From: Pseudomonadota bacterium | GTDB taxonomy: Bacteria > Pseudomonadota > Gammaproteobacteria > Xanthomonadales > Xanthomonadaceae | DNA: 64,000 nt | Assembly: GCA_020161335.1 (NCBI GenBank) | Contig: JAIUOJ010000001.1 | Location: forward strand, 38,809-102,808 | Reading direction: 5' to 3' | Shown here: in pieces, positions 1-9,311 of the stretch | Position numbering within the stretch: the first letter of the stretch is position 1 | Layout of the letters: every line of letters begins with the position of its first letter | The notes under the pieces: model-generated | What the model was told of the DNA's origin: nothing | The model's database searches: none | Seen by the model: the letters and a program-made list of their open reading frames with translations, nothing else | Position numbers and translations under genes: made by a program

Positions 1-2633
1 GTGTCGATGCCATAGCGCGCGATCGCCTCGACGAGGCACGAACGCGGCAGCAGCGATTGCCGCGCCAGTGCATCGAGCGCGGCCAGCACGACATGGTGGC
101 GATCGACCTCGAAGAAGCGGCGCAGTGCCGGGCGCGTGTCGCTGCGACCGAAGCCATCGGTGCCGAGCACATGGAACGGCGCGCGCAGGTGGCCGGCGAT
201 GAGTTGCGGGTATGCGCGCACGTAGTCGCTTGCGGCCACCACCGGCGCGTCGCCGGTCAGGCAGTCCTGCAGGTGGCTGCTGCGCTGCGGCTGCGCGGGA
301 TGCAGCCGGTTCCAGCGCTCGACCTCGGCCGCGTCGCGCGCGAGTTCGGTGAAGCTGGTGGCGCTCCATACCTCGGCGGCGACCTGCCAGTCCTGCAGCA
401 GCAGTTCGGCGGCGGCGATGACTTCGCGCAGGATCGCGCCGGATCCGAGCAGCCGGATCGCGGCCGGACCGTCCGTGGCGCGGAACAGGTACAAGCCCTT
501 GACGATCCCCGCGTCGCTGCCGGGGACCAGGGACGGCTGCGGGTAGCTCTCGTTCATCACGGTGAGGTAGTAGAACTCGTCGTGCTGGCCTTCGAGCATG
601 CGCCGCATGCCGTGGTCGATGATCACCGCCAGCTCGCACGCGAACGCCGGGTCGTAGGCACGGCAGTTGGGCACGGTGGCCGCGACCAGGTGGCTGCTGC
701 CGTCCTGGTGCTGCAGGCCCTCGCCGCCGAGCGTGGTGCGGCCGGACGTGGCGCCGACCAGGAAGCCGCGCGCGCGCTGGTCCGCCGCTGCCCAGATCAG
801 GTCTCCGACGCGCTGGAAGCCGAACATCGAGTAGTAGATGTAGAACGGCAGCATGGCGCGACCATGCGTGCTGTAGGCGGTCGCGGCCGCCGTCCACGAC
901 GACAGCGCGCCGGCCTCGGTGATGCCTTCCTCGAGCAGCTGGCCGTTGGTCGATTCCTGGTAGACGAGCAGCGAGCCGGCGTCCTCGGGTTCGTAGCGCT
1001 GGCCTGCCGGCGAGTAGATGCCGATCTGGCGGAACAGGGAGGCCATCCCGAAGGTGCGCGCCTCGTCGGCGACGATCGGCACGATGCGCGGGCCCAGCTG
1101 CGGATCCTTCAGCAACTGCGTCAGCATGCGCACGAATGCCATCGTGGTCGACATCGGCTTGCCGTCGGCGGCGATGGCGAAGGCGGCATAGGCGGGCAGC
1201 GCGGGCACCGGCACCGCTTCGCCGCGGCCCTCGCGCCGCGGCAGCGCCCCGCCGAGTGCGTCGCGTCGCGCCATGAGGTAGGCGTGCTCGGCCGACCCCG
1301 GTGGCGGGCGGTGGAAGCGCAGCTGCGCCACGTCGTCATCGCTGAGCGGCAGCGCGAAGCGGTCGCGGAACGCGAGCAGCGCCTCGACGTCGAGCTTCTT
1401 CTCCTGGTGCGCGGTCATCCGCGACTCGCCGGCCTGGCCCATGCCGTAGCCCTTCTTGGTCTTGGCCAGGATCACCGTGGGTTGCCCGCGGTGCGCGCGC
1501 GCGGCGGCGAAGGCGGCGTACAGCTTGCGCAGGTCGTGGCCGCCGCGCCTGAGGCCGTTGACCTGCTCCGGCGACAGGTGCGCGGCAAGCGACGCGAGTT
1601 CGGGGCTGGAACGGAAGAAGCGGTCGAGGTTGTAGTGCCCGTCCTTCGCGCCGAGGGTCTGGTACTCGCCGTCGACGGTGTCCGCGAAGCGACGCAGCAG
1701 CGCGTGGCCGTGGTCGCGCGCGAACAGCGCGTCCCAATCCGAGCCCCACAGGACCTTGACCACGTTCCAGCCGGCGCCGGCGAACAGCGATTCCAGTTCC
1801 TGGATGATCTGGCCGTTGCCACGCACCGGGCCGTCCAGCCGTTGGAGGTTGCAGTTGACGATGAAGGTCAGGTTGTCCAGGCGCTCGCGCGCGGCCAGGC
1901 CGAGGGCCGCGATCGACTCGGGTTCGTCCATCTCGCCATCGCCGAACACGCCCCAGACGTGGCGGCCGCTGGTTTCGAGCTGACCGCGGTCCTCCAGGTA
2001 GCGCATGAAACGCGCCTGGTAGATCGCGTTGATCGGGCCCAGCCCCATCGACCCGGTGGGAAACTGCCAGAAATCCGGCATCAGCCACGGATGCGGGTAC
2101 GAGCTCAGGCCGCCACCGGCGATTTCCTGGCGATAGCGGGCCAGCTGCGCCTCCTCCAGTCGCCCTTCCATGAACGCGCGCGCGTATACGCCGGGCGCGG
2201 AGTGTGGCTGCAAGAACACCAGGTCGCCGGCCCGGCCCTCGGTGGCGCCACGAAAGAAATGGTTGAACCCGGTTTCGAAGATTTCCGCGGCGGAGGCATA
2301 GCTGGCGATGTGCCCGCCGAGCTCGCCATAGGCCTGGTTCGCACGCACGACCATCGCCAGCGCATTCCAGCGGATCAGCGCGATGATCCGTTCCTCCATG
2401 TCGACATCGCCCGGATGCGCGGCCTGTGCCTCGGGCGCGATCGTGTTGCGATAGGCCGACCAGGGCAGGCGCGCGGCGCGCAGGCCAAGCGTGCGTGCGT
2501 GTTCGTCCAGCCGATGCAGCAGGTACTCCGCACGCGCGGCGTTGGCGTGCAGCGCCAGGCCCTCGAGCGCCATCAGCCACTCATGGGTCTCGACGGGATC
2601 GGCGTCGGGCAGGACGTCTCGGGCGTGGGTCAT
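1..2633 (-). CDS. mdeB: Homodimeric 2-oxoacid dehydrogenase E1 (AceE-like, MdeB subtype); C-terminus runs off the window edge
   Basis: Not in the ORF track; translated manually. ATG at 2633 gives MTHARDVLPDADPVETHEWL. Contains RWNALAMVVRANQAYGELGGHIASYASAAEIFETGFNHFF (MdeB-like variant of the AceE motif), QFPTGSMGLGP, GDGEMDEPES (ThDP-binding GDG motif) and C-terminal LGTDGFGRSDTR. Confidence 0.9.
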   Translation of the reverse strand, partial: MTHARDVLPDADPVETHEWLMALEGLALHANAARAEYLLHRLDEHARTLGLRAARLPWSAYRNTIAPEAQAAHPGDVDMEERIIALIRWNALAMVVRANQAYGELGGHIASYASAAEIFETGFNHFFRGATEGRAGDLVFLQPHSAPGVYARAFMEGRLEEAQLARYRQEIAGGGLSSYPHPWLMPDFWQFPTGSMGLGPINAIYQARFMRYLEDRGQLETSGRHVWGVFGDGEMDEPESIAALGLAARERLDNLTFIVNCNLQRLDGPVRGNGQIIQELESLFAGAGWNVVKVLWGSDWDALFARDHGHALLRRFADTVDGEYQTLGAKDGHYNLDRFFRSSPELASLAAHLSPEQVNGLRRGGHDLRKLYAAFAAARAHRGQPTVILAKTKKGYGMGQAGESRMTAHQEKKLDVEALLAFRDRFALPLSDDDVAQLRFHRPPPGSAEHAYLMARRDALGGALPRREGRGEAVPVPALPAYAAFAIAADGKPMSTTMAFVRMLTQLLKDPQLGPRIVPIVADEARTFGMASLFRQIGIYSPAGQRYEPEDAGSLLVYQESTNGQLLEEGITEAGALSSWTAAATAYSTHGRAMLPFYIYYSMFGFQRVGDLIWAAADQRARGFLVGATSGRTTLGGEGLQHQDGSSHLVAATVPNCRAYDPAFACELAVIIDHGMRRMLEGQHDEFYYLTVMNESYPQPSLVPGSDAGIVKGLYLFRATDGPAAIRLLGSGAILREVIAAAELLLQDWQVAAEVWSATSFTELARDAAEVERWNRLHPAQPQRSSHLQDCLTGDAPVVAASDYVRAYPQLIAGHLRAPFHVLGTDGFGRSDTRPALRRFFEVDRHHVVLAALDALARQSLLPRSCLVEAIARYGID

Positions 2634-2729
2634 CGGCGGGTCTTCGCGAGCGGGGCGGTGCGCGCGCAGGCATCGGAACAGACCGGGCACCTGCAGGCGT
2701 GCATCAACGTGGGCGAAGGCCATGCTAAG

Positions 2730-2758
2730 CGCGTTCGTGCCGGACGCGTTCGTGCCGG
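2730..2758. repeat. 14-bp tandem direct repeat (CGCGTTCGTGCCGG x2) upstream of mdeB; possible regulator site
   Basis: Identical copies at 2730-2743 and 2745-2758, ~100 bp upstream of the mdeB start. Confidence 0.5.
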
Positions 2759-3033
2759 GCCGTGGCCCGGCACTTTCGGCCGGAATCCTCGCCCGTCGGG
2801 ACGATTCGCGCAAAGTCGCCCATGCCCCGGCGCGCGAGCTGCGCGAAGTCGCGCGGGAGTCGGCCGCGTCCGCGTCGTCGCGTCATCGTCGGGAGGCACG
2901 GCCCATGCGCATCGCCGGCGCGGTCGCGCGGCGTGCATGCCGACGGTGCCTCCCGCCGAGGGACGGTGGGGTGCGCCGCGCGGCCTCTCCCACCGCTCGA
3001 GGAGCATCGCCACGTCCCGATTCGCCACGGAGC

Positions 3034-3606
3034 TCAGGTCGCGTGGTCTTCCGGCGCGGACCTCCCGAGCCCCATGCGCCGGGCGATGAAGCCATCCCCT
3101 CGCGCCCGCTGGCGGACCATCGCCGCGAGTCCATGCAGGCATACCAGCCCCAGCAGGGTCCAGGCGCCGTACACGTGCACGTACCAGGCGAGGGCGCGTC
3201 CGGTTTCGTCGTCGGGCGGCGCGAACAGCGCCGGCACTTCCAACTCGCCGAACAAGGTCCGGTCCGCGCCCATCCACACCCAGATGACATGGCCGCTGAC
3301 CGGCAACGCGAGCACCAGCAGGTACAGCAGGCCATGCACCCAGGAGCGCGCGCGGTGCAGACCGGGCGCTTCGGTGGGGTCGGCCGCCGGCAGGGGCAAC
3401 ACCAGGCGCAGGCAGAGGCGCAGCACCGTCAGCGCCAGGATCAGCATGCCCAGCCTGAAATGCAGCGGCAGCAGCGCCTGCGACCACTGCACGAGGCCGT
3501 ACTCCACCGCGAAACCGAGCGTGAACTGCGCGGCCAGCAGCAGGGCGAGCAGCCAGTGCAGCACGCGCAGCGGGAAGGGATAGCGTCCCACCGCGGGCCG
3601 CGTCAT
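3034..3606 (-). CDS. Cytochrome b561 (CybB/YceJ-like) membrane di-haem protein, 190 aa
   Basis: C-terminal part of track ORF 3034..4386, starting MTRPAVGRYPFPLRVLHWLLALL. Four hydrophobic segments with conserved His residues (LHW, LHFRLG, VHGLLY, VHVYG/LHG). ATGA overlap with the upstream gene. Confidence 0.85.
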   Translation of the reverse strand: MTRPAVGRYPFPLRVLHWLLALLLAAQFTLGFAVEYGLVQWSQALLPLHFRLGMLILALTVLRLCLRLVLPLPAADPTEAPGLHRARSWVHGLLYLLVLALPVSGHVIWVWMGADRTLFGELEVPALFAPPDDETGRALAWYVHVYGAWTLLGLVCLHGLAAMVRQRARGDGFIARRMGLGRSAPEDHAT

Positions 3607-4265
3607 GGCGCGCATCCGGGATACCCCGGGATGTTCCGGCCCAGCACGATGTCGCGGCGCGCCAGCCATCCGTCCGCGGTCCGCACCGGCGTCACGATCC
3701 CGCCACCGCCGCGTCCCCTGTCCGCCTTGCGCGCAGCCGAGGTGGTCAGGTGCGGGTCGTCGCGGAACAGCACGTCGTCGATGTAGTACAGCGCGCAGCC
3801 GCGTTCGATCACGTACAGGTGGATGTGCTGCGGCATCGTGCTGCCCGGGTAGCTGCCGGGACGAATGGTCAGGAAGGTGTAGCGCCCGTCCGCATCGCTC
3901 GCGGCCCAGGCGCGCAGGCGCCCGTGCTGGCGGATGCCGGCATCGCGGTCGGCAGCTGCGCGCGGATAGACGCCGTGTCGGTCCGTCTGGTGCGCATACA
4001 CCACCACGCCGCTTCGCGGCTTGCCGTCCGCATCGATCACTCGCCCGGTCAGGCGCAGGCGCTCGCCGGGTTCGTCGTCGGGTGCCAGTTGGACGATGGC
4101 GGGCGGGTGGGCGGGCAGGCCGATCAAGGCCACGTCGCAGTCCTCGCAAGGCAGCCCGACGACGGGCGTGGCGGCGGCGCCCGCCGGTGCGCATGCAGCG
4201 AGCAGCGACAGGACGCATGCGCGTGCGACGCGGGACAGGGCCGAACGCGCGGGGTGGAGGGGCAT
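3603..4265 (-). CDS. Exported intradiol ring-cleavage dioxygenase-like protein (protocatechuate 3,4-dioxygenase beta-subunit fold), 220 aa
   Basis: Signal-peptide-like N-terminus; DEPGERLRLTGRV; YAHQTDRHGVY; SDADGRYTFLTIRPGSYP; PQHIHLYV (His ligands). Confidence 0.8.
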   Translation of the reverse strand: MPLHPARSALSRVARACVLSLLAACAPAGAAATPVVGLPCEDCDVALIGLPAHPPAIVQLAPDDEPGERLRLTGRVIDADGKPRSGVVVYAHQTDRHGVYPRAAADRDAGIRQHGRLRAWAASDADGRYTFLTIRPGSYPGSTMPQHIHLYVIERGCALYYIDDVLFRDDPHLTTSAARKADRGRGGGGIVTPVRTADGWLARRDIVLGRNIPGYPGCAP

Positions 4266-4391
4266 GGGCGGTCTCCGGAGGGTGTAAGAGAGGAGAGCCG
4301 GCGTTACCTCGCTGCGTTAACCGCGGCCGGCGTGTTAACACTTCCGTCCGCAGGGCCCTCTGCTTCCAGGCCACCCCGGACTCCAAGGGCG

Positions 4392-4952
4392 ATGAAGGCC
4401 ACGATCGATCCCACCGACATCGCCAGGCAGGTACGGGACGCGCGGCGAGGTTCGCAGGCGGCGTTCGCGTGGCTCCATCGCGCCTTCGCGCCGCTGGTGC
4501 ATGCCATCCACCTGGGCGTGACCTCGCGCGCCCGTGCGGAAGAACTGACGCAGGAGACCTTCGTCATCGCGTTTGGCCGATTGGCGCAGCTGCGCGAGCC
4601 CGCGTCGTTCGGGCCGTGGATCGCGATGATCGCGCGCAGGAACCGTGCGGTCTCCGGGGTCGAGGAACGGGATCTTGCGGAAGCCGACGATCCCGCCTGG
4701 CACGGTGCGGGTCCCGAATCGGCCGCCCAGGCCAACGAAGCGCTGCGCGCGATCAGGCGCTTGCCCGAGGCCTATCGCGAAACGCTGATGCTGCGCCTGG
4801 TGGAAGGCCTGAGCGGTCCGGAGATCGCGAACCTGACCGGGCTGACGCCGGAGTCGGTCCGCGTGAACCTCCATCGCGGCATGGCCAGGCTGCGCGATGC
4901 GCTGGGCGTCATCACGCGGCAAGAGGAGAGGGCTGATGATCGAACAAGCTGA
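4392..4952 (+). CDS. ECF RNA polymerase sigma-70 factor, 186 aa
   Basis: Begins MKATIDPTD; sigma2 region AEELTQETF...FGPWIAMIARR; sigma4 region LPEAYRETLMLRLVEGLSGPEIANLTG...SVRVNLHRG. Confidence 0.9.
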   Translation: MKATIDPTDIARQVRDARRGSQAAFAWLHRAFAPLVHAIHLGVTSRARAEELTQETFVIAFGRLAQLREPASFGPWIAMIARRNRAVSGVEERDLAEADDPAWHGAGPESAAQANEALRAIRRLPEAYRETLMLRLVEGLSGPEIANLTGLTPESVRVNLHRGMARLRDALGVITRQEERADDRTS

Positions 4953-5934
4953 TCCGCTGTGGGACCCGGAGCAACCGGGCGACGAGACGCTGGAGCGTCT
5001 GTCGTCGCTGCTGGGTCGATATCGGCATGTCCCGGCAGCCGGTCACGCATGGGCGGCAGTGCCGTCGGTCGTTCCGTACAGGCGTCGGCGCCGCGCCTTG
5101 CTCGCGGCGGCCGTCGCGCTTGCGGCGTGCGTGGCGACCGTCGCCGCCTGGGTGCCCTGGCGCCTGCACTGGGATGAACGACGGCAGTGGACGGTCGATG
5201 CGGGCGCCGGTGCGGCGCCGGTTGCGCTGGGCGTCGGCAGGACGCTGACGACCAGCGCCGACGAATCGGCCACGGTCCGGGTGGCGCGCATCGGCCGCAT
5301 GGACGTGCTGCCGGGAACGCGGATCCGGTTGCTGGACACGCGCGGTGGCCGTCATCGTCTGGAACTGCTGGAAGGTCGCGTACGTGCGCGCATCTGGGCG
5401 CCTCCCGGGTACTTCGGCATCGCGGCGGGCGCCAGCGAAACCGTCGACCTCGGCTGCGAGTTCGAGATGAGCCGCAACCCGCAGGGCGAAGGGTCGATCC
5501 ACGTCACCAGCGGCTGGGTCATGCACCGCGTGAACGGGCAGGAGACGCTGGTGCCCGCTGGCTCGCGCCTGGATTTCGATGCGGCACGCAGCGGCATTCC
5601 GTTCGCCACCACGTCGAGTGCCGCCTTCCGGGCCGCTGTCCGGCGCCTCGACCTGGCGATGGCGGAAGGAAAGCGTCTGCCCGATGTCGAGCGGGCTGTC
5701 GTCCGCGAGGCGAGCCAAGCCGATCGCTTCGCGCTGCTCAGCCTGCTGACACGCTATCCCGCCCTTGCCAGCGGCCCGGTCTATCCGAAGCTGGCCACGC
5801 TCCTCGACATGCCGGTCGACGCCCCGCATCGGGACGCATGGTCACGTGGCAGCATGCATGCGATGGACGTCTGGTGGGAGCGCATCCCGCGCCCCCCCAA
5901 GGCCTGGTGGCTGAACTGGCGAGACGCGTTCTAG
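4936..5934 (+). CDS. FecR-domain membrane anti-sigma factor, 332 aa
   Basis: Overlaps the sigma gene; single TM (ALLAAAVALAACVATVAAW) then a FecR-like domain (VARIGRMDVLPGTRIRLL...LELLEGRV...VDLGCEF...VTSGWV). Confidence 0.75.
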   Translation: MIEQADPLWDPEQPGDETLERLSSLLGRYRHVPAAGHAWAAVPSVVPYRRRRRALLAAAVALAACVATVAAWVPWRLHWDERRQWTVDAGAGAAPVALGVGRTLTTSADESATVRVARIGRMDVLPGTRIRLLDTRGGRHRLELLEGRVRARIWAPPGYFGIAAGASETVDLGCEFEMSRNPQGEGSIHVTSGWVMHRVNGQETLVPAGSRLDFDAARSGIPFATTSSAAFRAAVRRLDLAMAEGKRLPDVERAVVREASQADRFALLSLLTRYPALASGPVYPKLATLLDMPVDAPHRDAWSRGSMHAMDVWWERIPRPPKAWWLNWRDAF

Positions 5935-6054
5935 TCCAGCCATCCGGCGAGCGGAGGCCCGTCGGGCGGGATCGCCGAACGGCGGCAAGCAGCCTCTGGA
6001 GCATCCATCCTGGAAGACCTCATCTCCCTCGGGTTCAAGATCGTCTGGGCGTCG

Positions 6055-6588
6055 GTGGCCCTCTTCTGGCTGTGGAGCGCGCGCAGCGTGAAGCGCACCA
6101 GCCGTACCGAACCGATCTTGCTTCAGCTCGTCGTCTACTGGCTGCCATTGCTCGTGGCGTTCCTGCTGCTCGGCCCCAGCGCTTGGTTTCAGGGAAGTGT
6201 CCTCAACGAACGCTTCATTCCCAAGGCCGCATGGGCGAAGGGACTTGGCCTTGCGCTTGCCGTCTCGGGCGCACTCCTGGCCTGCTGGTCGCGGCATCTG
6301 CTGGGGCGCAACTGGAGCAGCGTCGTCCAGCTCAAGCACGATCACGCGCTCATCGAATCCGGCCCCTATCGCTACATCCGCCACCCGATCTATGCAGGCC
6401 TGCTGCTTGCCTTCCTGGGCACGGCGTTGAAGGTAGGCGACTGGCGAGGCCTCATCGCCGTCTCGGTGGTACTGGCATCCTTCTGGCGCAAACTCGGCAT
6501 CGAGGAGCGTTGGCTCGGCGAGGAATTCGGCCACGCCTATGCGGCGTACAAGCGACGCACCAAGGCACTGGTTCCGGGCATCCTCTAG
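6055..6588 (+). CDS. Isoprenylcysteine carboxyl methyltransferase (ICMT/PEMT) family membrane protein; true start may be a little further upstream
   Basis: LGRNWS...HALIESGPYRYIRHPIYAG and EERWL...FG..Y..YKRRT family motifs. Confidence 0.85.
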   Translation: MALFWLWSARSVKRTSRTEPILLQLVVYWLPLLVAFLLLGPSAWFQGSVLNERFIPKAAWAKGLGLALAVSGALLACWSRHLLGRNWSSVVQLKHDHALIESGPYRYIRHPIYAGLLLAFLGTALKVGDWRGLIAVSVVLASFWRKLGIEERWLGEEFGHAYAAYKRRTKALVPGIL

Positions 6589-6607
6589 GGCCTGTGGACG
6601 CTGACAG

Positions 6608-6640
6608 CCGAAGGCCGCCTTGGCAGCGCCTGGCCTTCGG
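6608..6640. terminator. Hairpin between convergent genes; possible terminator
   Basis: Perfect 9-bp inverted repeat CCGAAGGCC...GGCCTTCGG; no clear U-tract. Confidence 0.3.
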
Positions 6641-6718
6641 ATCGCAGCCGGCGAAAGGTCTGGCCGCCAGGGCAGCCCGGGAGATCAATCGTGCAGGAGC
6701 ATGGGCAGCATCAGGCAA

Positions 6719-6781
6719 TCCCGTTCAACGCTCCGGATCAATTACTGCGCTTATCAACGAAATGGCTGGGCAATTGGTGCC
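6719..6781 (-). pseudogene. Relic of the 3' end of a hipA-like gene (GTNCPAISLISAVIDPER*)
   Basis: 52/63 nt identical to 9306-9368, the 3' end of the 411-aa HipA (GANSQARSLMSAVIDPER*), with the stop codon in the same position and several synonymous changes. Confidence 0.75.
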
Positions 6782-6807
6782 GACTGTCTTATCCGGGATT
6801 CGATCAG

Positions 6808-7437
6808 TCAGCGCTGTGACGCCAGATGTGCCAGCAGGCGCTTCAGTCGAGGTGCCGGGTTGGCGAACTTGACTTGCTGTTCGTCGAACGCCTCGGGATC
6901 GAACTTGCTGCGCCGGCCCTTCTGGCTGGTTGCCCAGACATGGGAGGCGGCGTAATCCGGGTCTTCGGGGTCGGACAAGGTTTCGAGCAGGCTTTCGTAC
7001 CCGGGCGGCCCACCGCAGTCATCCGGAGGGGCGCAGCGTTCGCCGGCGGTGCAGCGCGGATACTTCTTGCCGGGCGCCGCGGTCAGAACCTCTTCAAGCG
7101 TGATCAGGTGCAGCCATCCGTCGCCGAAGTCGTACTCGTATTCCAGCCGGGAATTGGCCGGGGTCAGGACGTCGGCCACGCGATGCTCCCAGCCGGGGAG
7201 CGGCGGATTGTCGTCGAACTCGTCCAGCGGCATCCCGAAGCGCGGCTGGGCATCCTGATCATCCCAGGGGCGGAACTCATGCAGGTGGGTGTCGGTCCAG
7301 GCGAAGGCACTCTGGATGGCGACATGCAGATCCCAGAAAGTGCAGTTGCCGGGAACCTGCAGGCGGCGCCAGATCAGCGGCTCGATTTGCAGCAGCTCGA
7401 CGCGGAGTTGGAGGATGGGTGTGGACATTTTGCTCAC
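6808..7437 (-). CDS. Plasmid pRiA4b ORF-3 family (IS1096 passenger TnpR-like) protein; start is GTG 7437 or ATG 7428
   Basis: LQLRVELLQIEPLIWRRLQVP..CTFWDLHVAIQSAFAWTDTHLHEF; YEYDFGDGWLH; PRCTAGERCAPPDDCGGPPGY. GTGA overlap with the hipA stop. Confidence 0.9.
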   Translation of the reverse strand: MSKMSTPILQLRVELLQIEPLIWRRLQVPGNCTFWDLHVAIQSAFAWTDTHLHEFRPWDDQDAQPRFGMPLDEFDDNPPLPGWEHRVADVLTPANSRLEYEYDFGDGWLHLITLEEVLTAAPGKKYPRCTAGERCAPPDDCGGPPGYESLLETLSDPEDPDYAASHVWATSQKGRRSKFDPEAFDEQQVKFANPAPRLKRLLAHLASQR

Positions 7438-8774
7438 GGAGACATTGCGGCAAGCGCTGCTGCGGACTTCTCCAATCCTCCCAGGATGGTGTTGGCCAGA
7501 TGATCGGAGAATCCGGCCGGAAGTTCGGCAGCCACTTGGGCGATCGCGGTCGGCGTGCGGTCGAGGATCTCCTCGATCAGCGGCTCGGCATCGGCCCCGT
7601 AGTTGACGATCCGCGCCGTGCTGTTGAAAAGCCGGCGTTGAATGTTGTGCATCCTGTAGTGCCTGTTCTTGCCCAGCAGCGCCATGGCCAGCTTGACGGT
7701 GAACGGCGACCAATGGGCAGGCCCATTTCCAAGCACGGGATAGCTCGACATGACGTCATACATCGGCGTCAGCCGGTAGCGGCCACGCGCCAGCAGTTCG
7801 ATGCTGAAATTCTTGGCGTGGCCGTCCGGGGCGCGCAATAGCCAGAACAGGATCTGCGAGGCCATCAGCGTGCGCATGTCGTCCTTGGCGCGCTCGGATC
7901 CCGTCAGGGTGGCGAACAGGTCCTTCAGGCCCGGCCCACCATCGCTCTCGTACTTGAGCAGCGGTGAGAGCCCCGCCACCTGGCAGAAGTCCTCCTGCAT
8001 CAGGCGCAACAGCCAGGATCCGTCCGATGACGGCCGCCGGTCGAAGCGTTCAACCACAAGCACGCGCTGCTGGCCGAAGGTGACGATCTCCGCGTGGGCG
8101 GTGGGCAAGCCGTAGGCCTTCAGCAGGCGCAGGCACAGCCACTCGTTGTCCACCGAAGTGGTCATGTCGGCCCTCTTGTTGCCGACCAATCCCATCGGCA
8201 GTTTGAAGATGTGCGTCGTGGGCGTGGCACCGCGGGGCGCGTGCCAGGCATCGTTCCAGCGCAGGAAGGCGGTCTTCTCCTGCGCGCCGGCCAGCGATAT
8301 CCGGAAGTCGTCGTCCGGATCCTTGCGCCCGGCAAATCCATGCGAGGTGACCGTCTCGAGCAGATGGCGCTCGATATCCTCTTCCGACAGCGGCACACCT
8401 TCGACCCTGTTGAAGCCTTGGGGCTCGCCGCCTTCGGGAAGGATCTGGAGGGCGCCCACGCAATCCCGTCCGATAGCCTGGAGCAGGTCGAACGGATCCA
8501 CCGAGCCGGTGACGAAGCGCTCGGCAACGCGCCGCCGGATCGCATCGCTGTCCGGCAACAGGTTGTCGAAGTAGTTGGCCACCGCTTGGCCCTTGATGGC
8601 CCGGCCATGCAGGTTGAAGGGCAGGGAGAGCGAGAGCGGACGTCCGCGCGCATCGTTCACCCATGCCTCGTCGTACTGCAACTCCATGTCTCCGCGGGCG
8701 GGAATGGTCCACCGGCCGACATGGACGCCATTGGCCCAGAGGGTCAGGCTGCGGCTGTGCGAGGGACGCCCCAT
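7434..8774 (-). CDS. hipA: Type II toxin HipA (Ser/Thr kinase) with N-terminal couple_hipA domain, 446 aa
   Basis: RPLSLSLP, VANYFDNLLPD, GRDCVGAL, RISLAGAQEKTA, PTTHIFKLP, LVVERFDR, QEDFCQ, DGHAKNFS, LTPMYDV. Confidence 0.95.
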   Translation of the reverse strand: MGRPSHSRSLTLWANGVHVGRWTIPARGDMELQYDEAWVNDARGRPLSLSLPFNLHGRAIKGQAVANYFDNLLPDSDAIRRRVAERFVTGSVDPFDLLQAIGRDCVGALQILPEGGEPQGFNRVEGVPLSEEDIERHLLETVTSHGFAGRKDPDDDFRISLAGAQEKTAFLRWNDAWHAPRGATPTTHIFKLPMGLVGNKRADMTTSVDNEWLCLRLLKAYGLPTAHAEIVTFGQQRVLVVERFDRRPSSDGSWLLRLMQEDFCQVAGLSPLLKYESDGGPGLKDLFATLTGSERAKDDMRTLMASQILFWLLRAPDGHAKNFSIELLARGRYRLTPMYDVMSSYPVLGNGPAHWSPFTVKLAMALLGKNRHYRMHNIQRRLFNSTARIVNYGADAEPLIEEILDRTPTAIAQVAAELPAGFSDHLANTILGGLEKSAAALAAMSP

Positions 8775-8775
8775 C

Positions 8776-9039
8776 TCACCAGTCCTCGTCCGGAGTCGTG
8801 GCGGCCGGGCCCTGCTCGCGCGTTCCGATCGTCAATTCCAGGCCAAGCGCCGTGAATATCCGCATCAACTGTCCGACGTTGATCTCGGCGGCATGTTTCT
8901 CCAGGTAGGAGATGCGGGATTGGCTCATGCCGACACGCTCGGCCAGCGTCGCCTGGGTGAGGCGCTGCGCCTTGCGCGCGGATTGGAGGATCGTTCCCAA
9001 CTGCCGTGGGTTGATCAGCGGGTGGGTGGGGCCGGCCAT
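8776..9039 (-). CDS. hipB: HipB-type XRE HTH antitoxin, 87 aa
   Basis: INPRQLGTILQSARKAQRLTQATLAERVGMSQSRISYLE; ends 1 bp before the hipA start. Confidence 0.9.
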   Translation of the reverse strand: MAGPTHPLINPRQLGTILQSARKAQRLTQATLAERVGMSQSRISYLEKHAAEINVGQLMRIFTALGLELTIGTREQGPAATTPDEDW

Positions 9040-9053
9040 GTCGTTACCCGATA

Positions 9054-9078
9054 TGCAGATAAATGCAAAATATCTGCA
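9054..9078. promoter_or_regulatory. Palindromic operator upstream of hipB (probable autoregulatory site)
   Basis: TGCAGATA-N9-TATCTGCA perfect inverted repeat, 15 bp upstream of the hipB ATG, in an AT-rich stretch. Confidence 0.65.
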
Positions 9079-9311
9079 ATTAGAGTATACGCCAATTACC
9101 CTTATTACAACTAACCAACGAAAGGTCTGCAAGCTGGGACAATGACTCGTTCTCGGATGCAACGTGGCGGGCATCACTGGTGATCTGGGGCCGTTGCTTG
9201 GGTCCGTGCGTAGTTGACCTACTCCGGCCCCATGACTCCGGGGCGACTCCCGTCCAGTCGGGAGATTCAAGTCAATCGCGCAGAAGGATGTGCAGCAACC
9301 AGCGTTCCCGT

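Noticed and set aside
2730-2758. First 10 nt of the spacer pair 13951/17856 (CGGCACGAAC) match the tandem repeat upstream of mdeB
   Set aside because: Only 10 nt, flanked by GCC/GTC rather than TTC, no further pairing; expected by chance in GC-rich DNA.
57-3089. 1010-aa plus-strand ORF and similar long antisense ORFs (39138..42956, 42691..45921, 34908..36896, 50631..53051, 31789..33405)
   Set aside because: Shadow frames of real genes in high-GC DNA; no recognisable motifs and they overlap well-supported genes.
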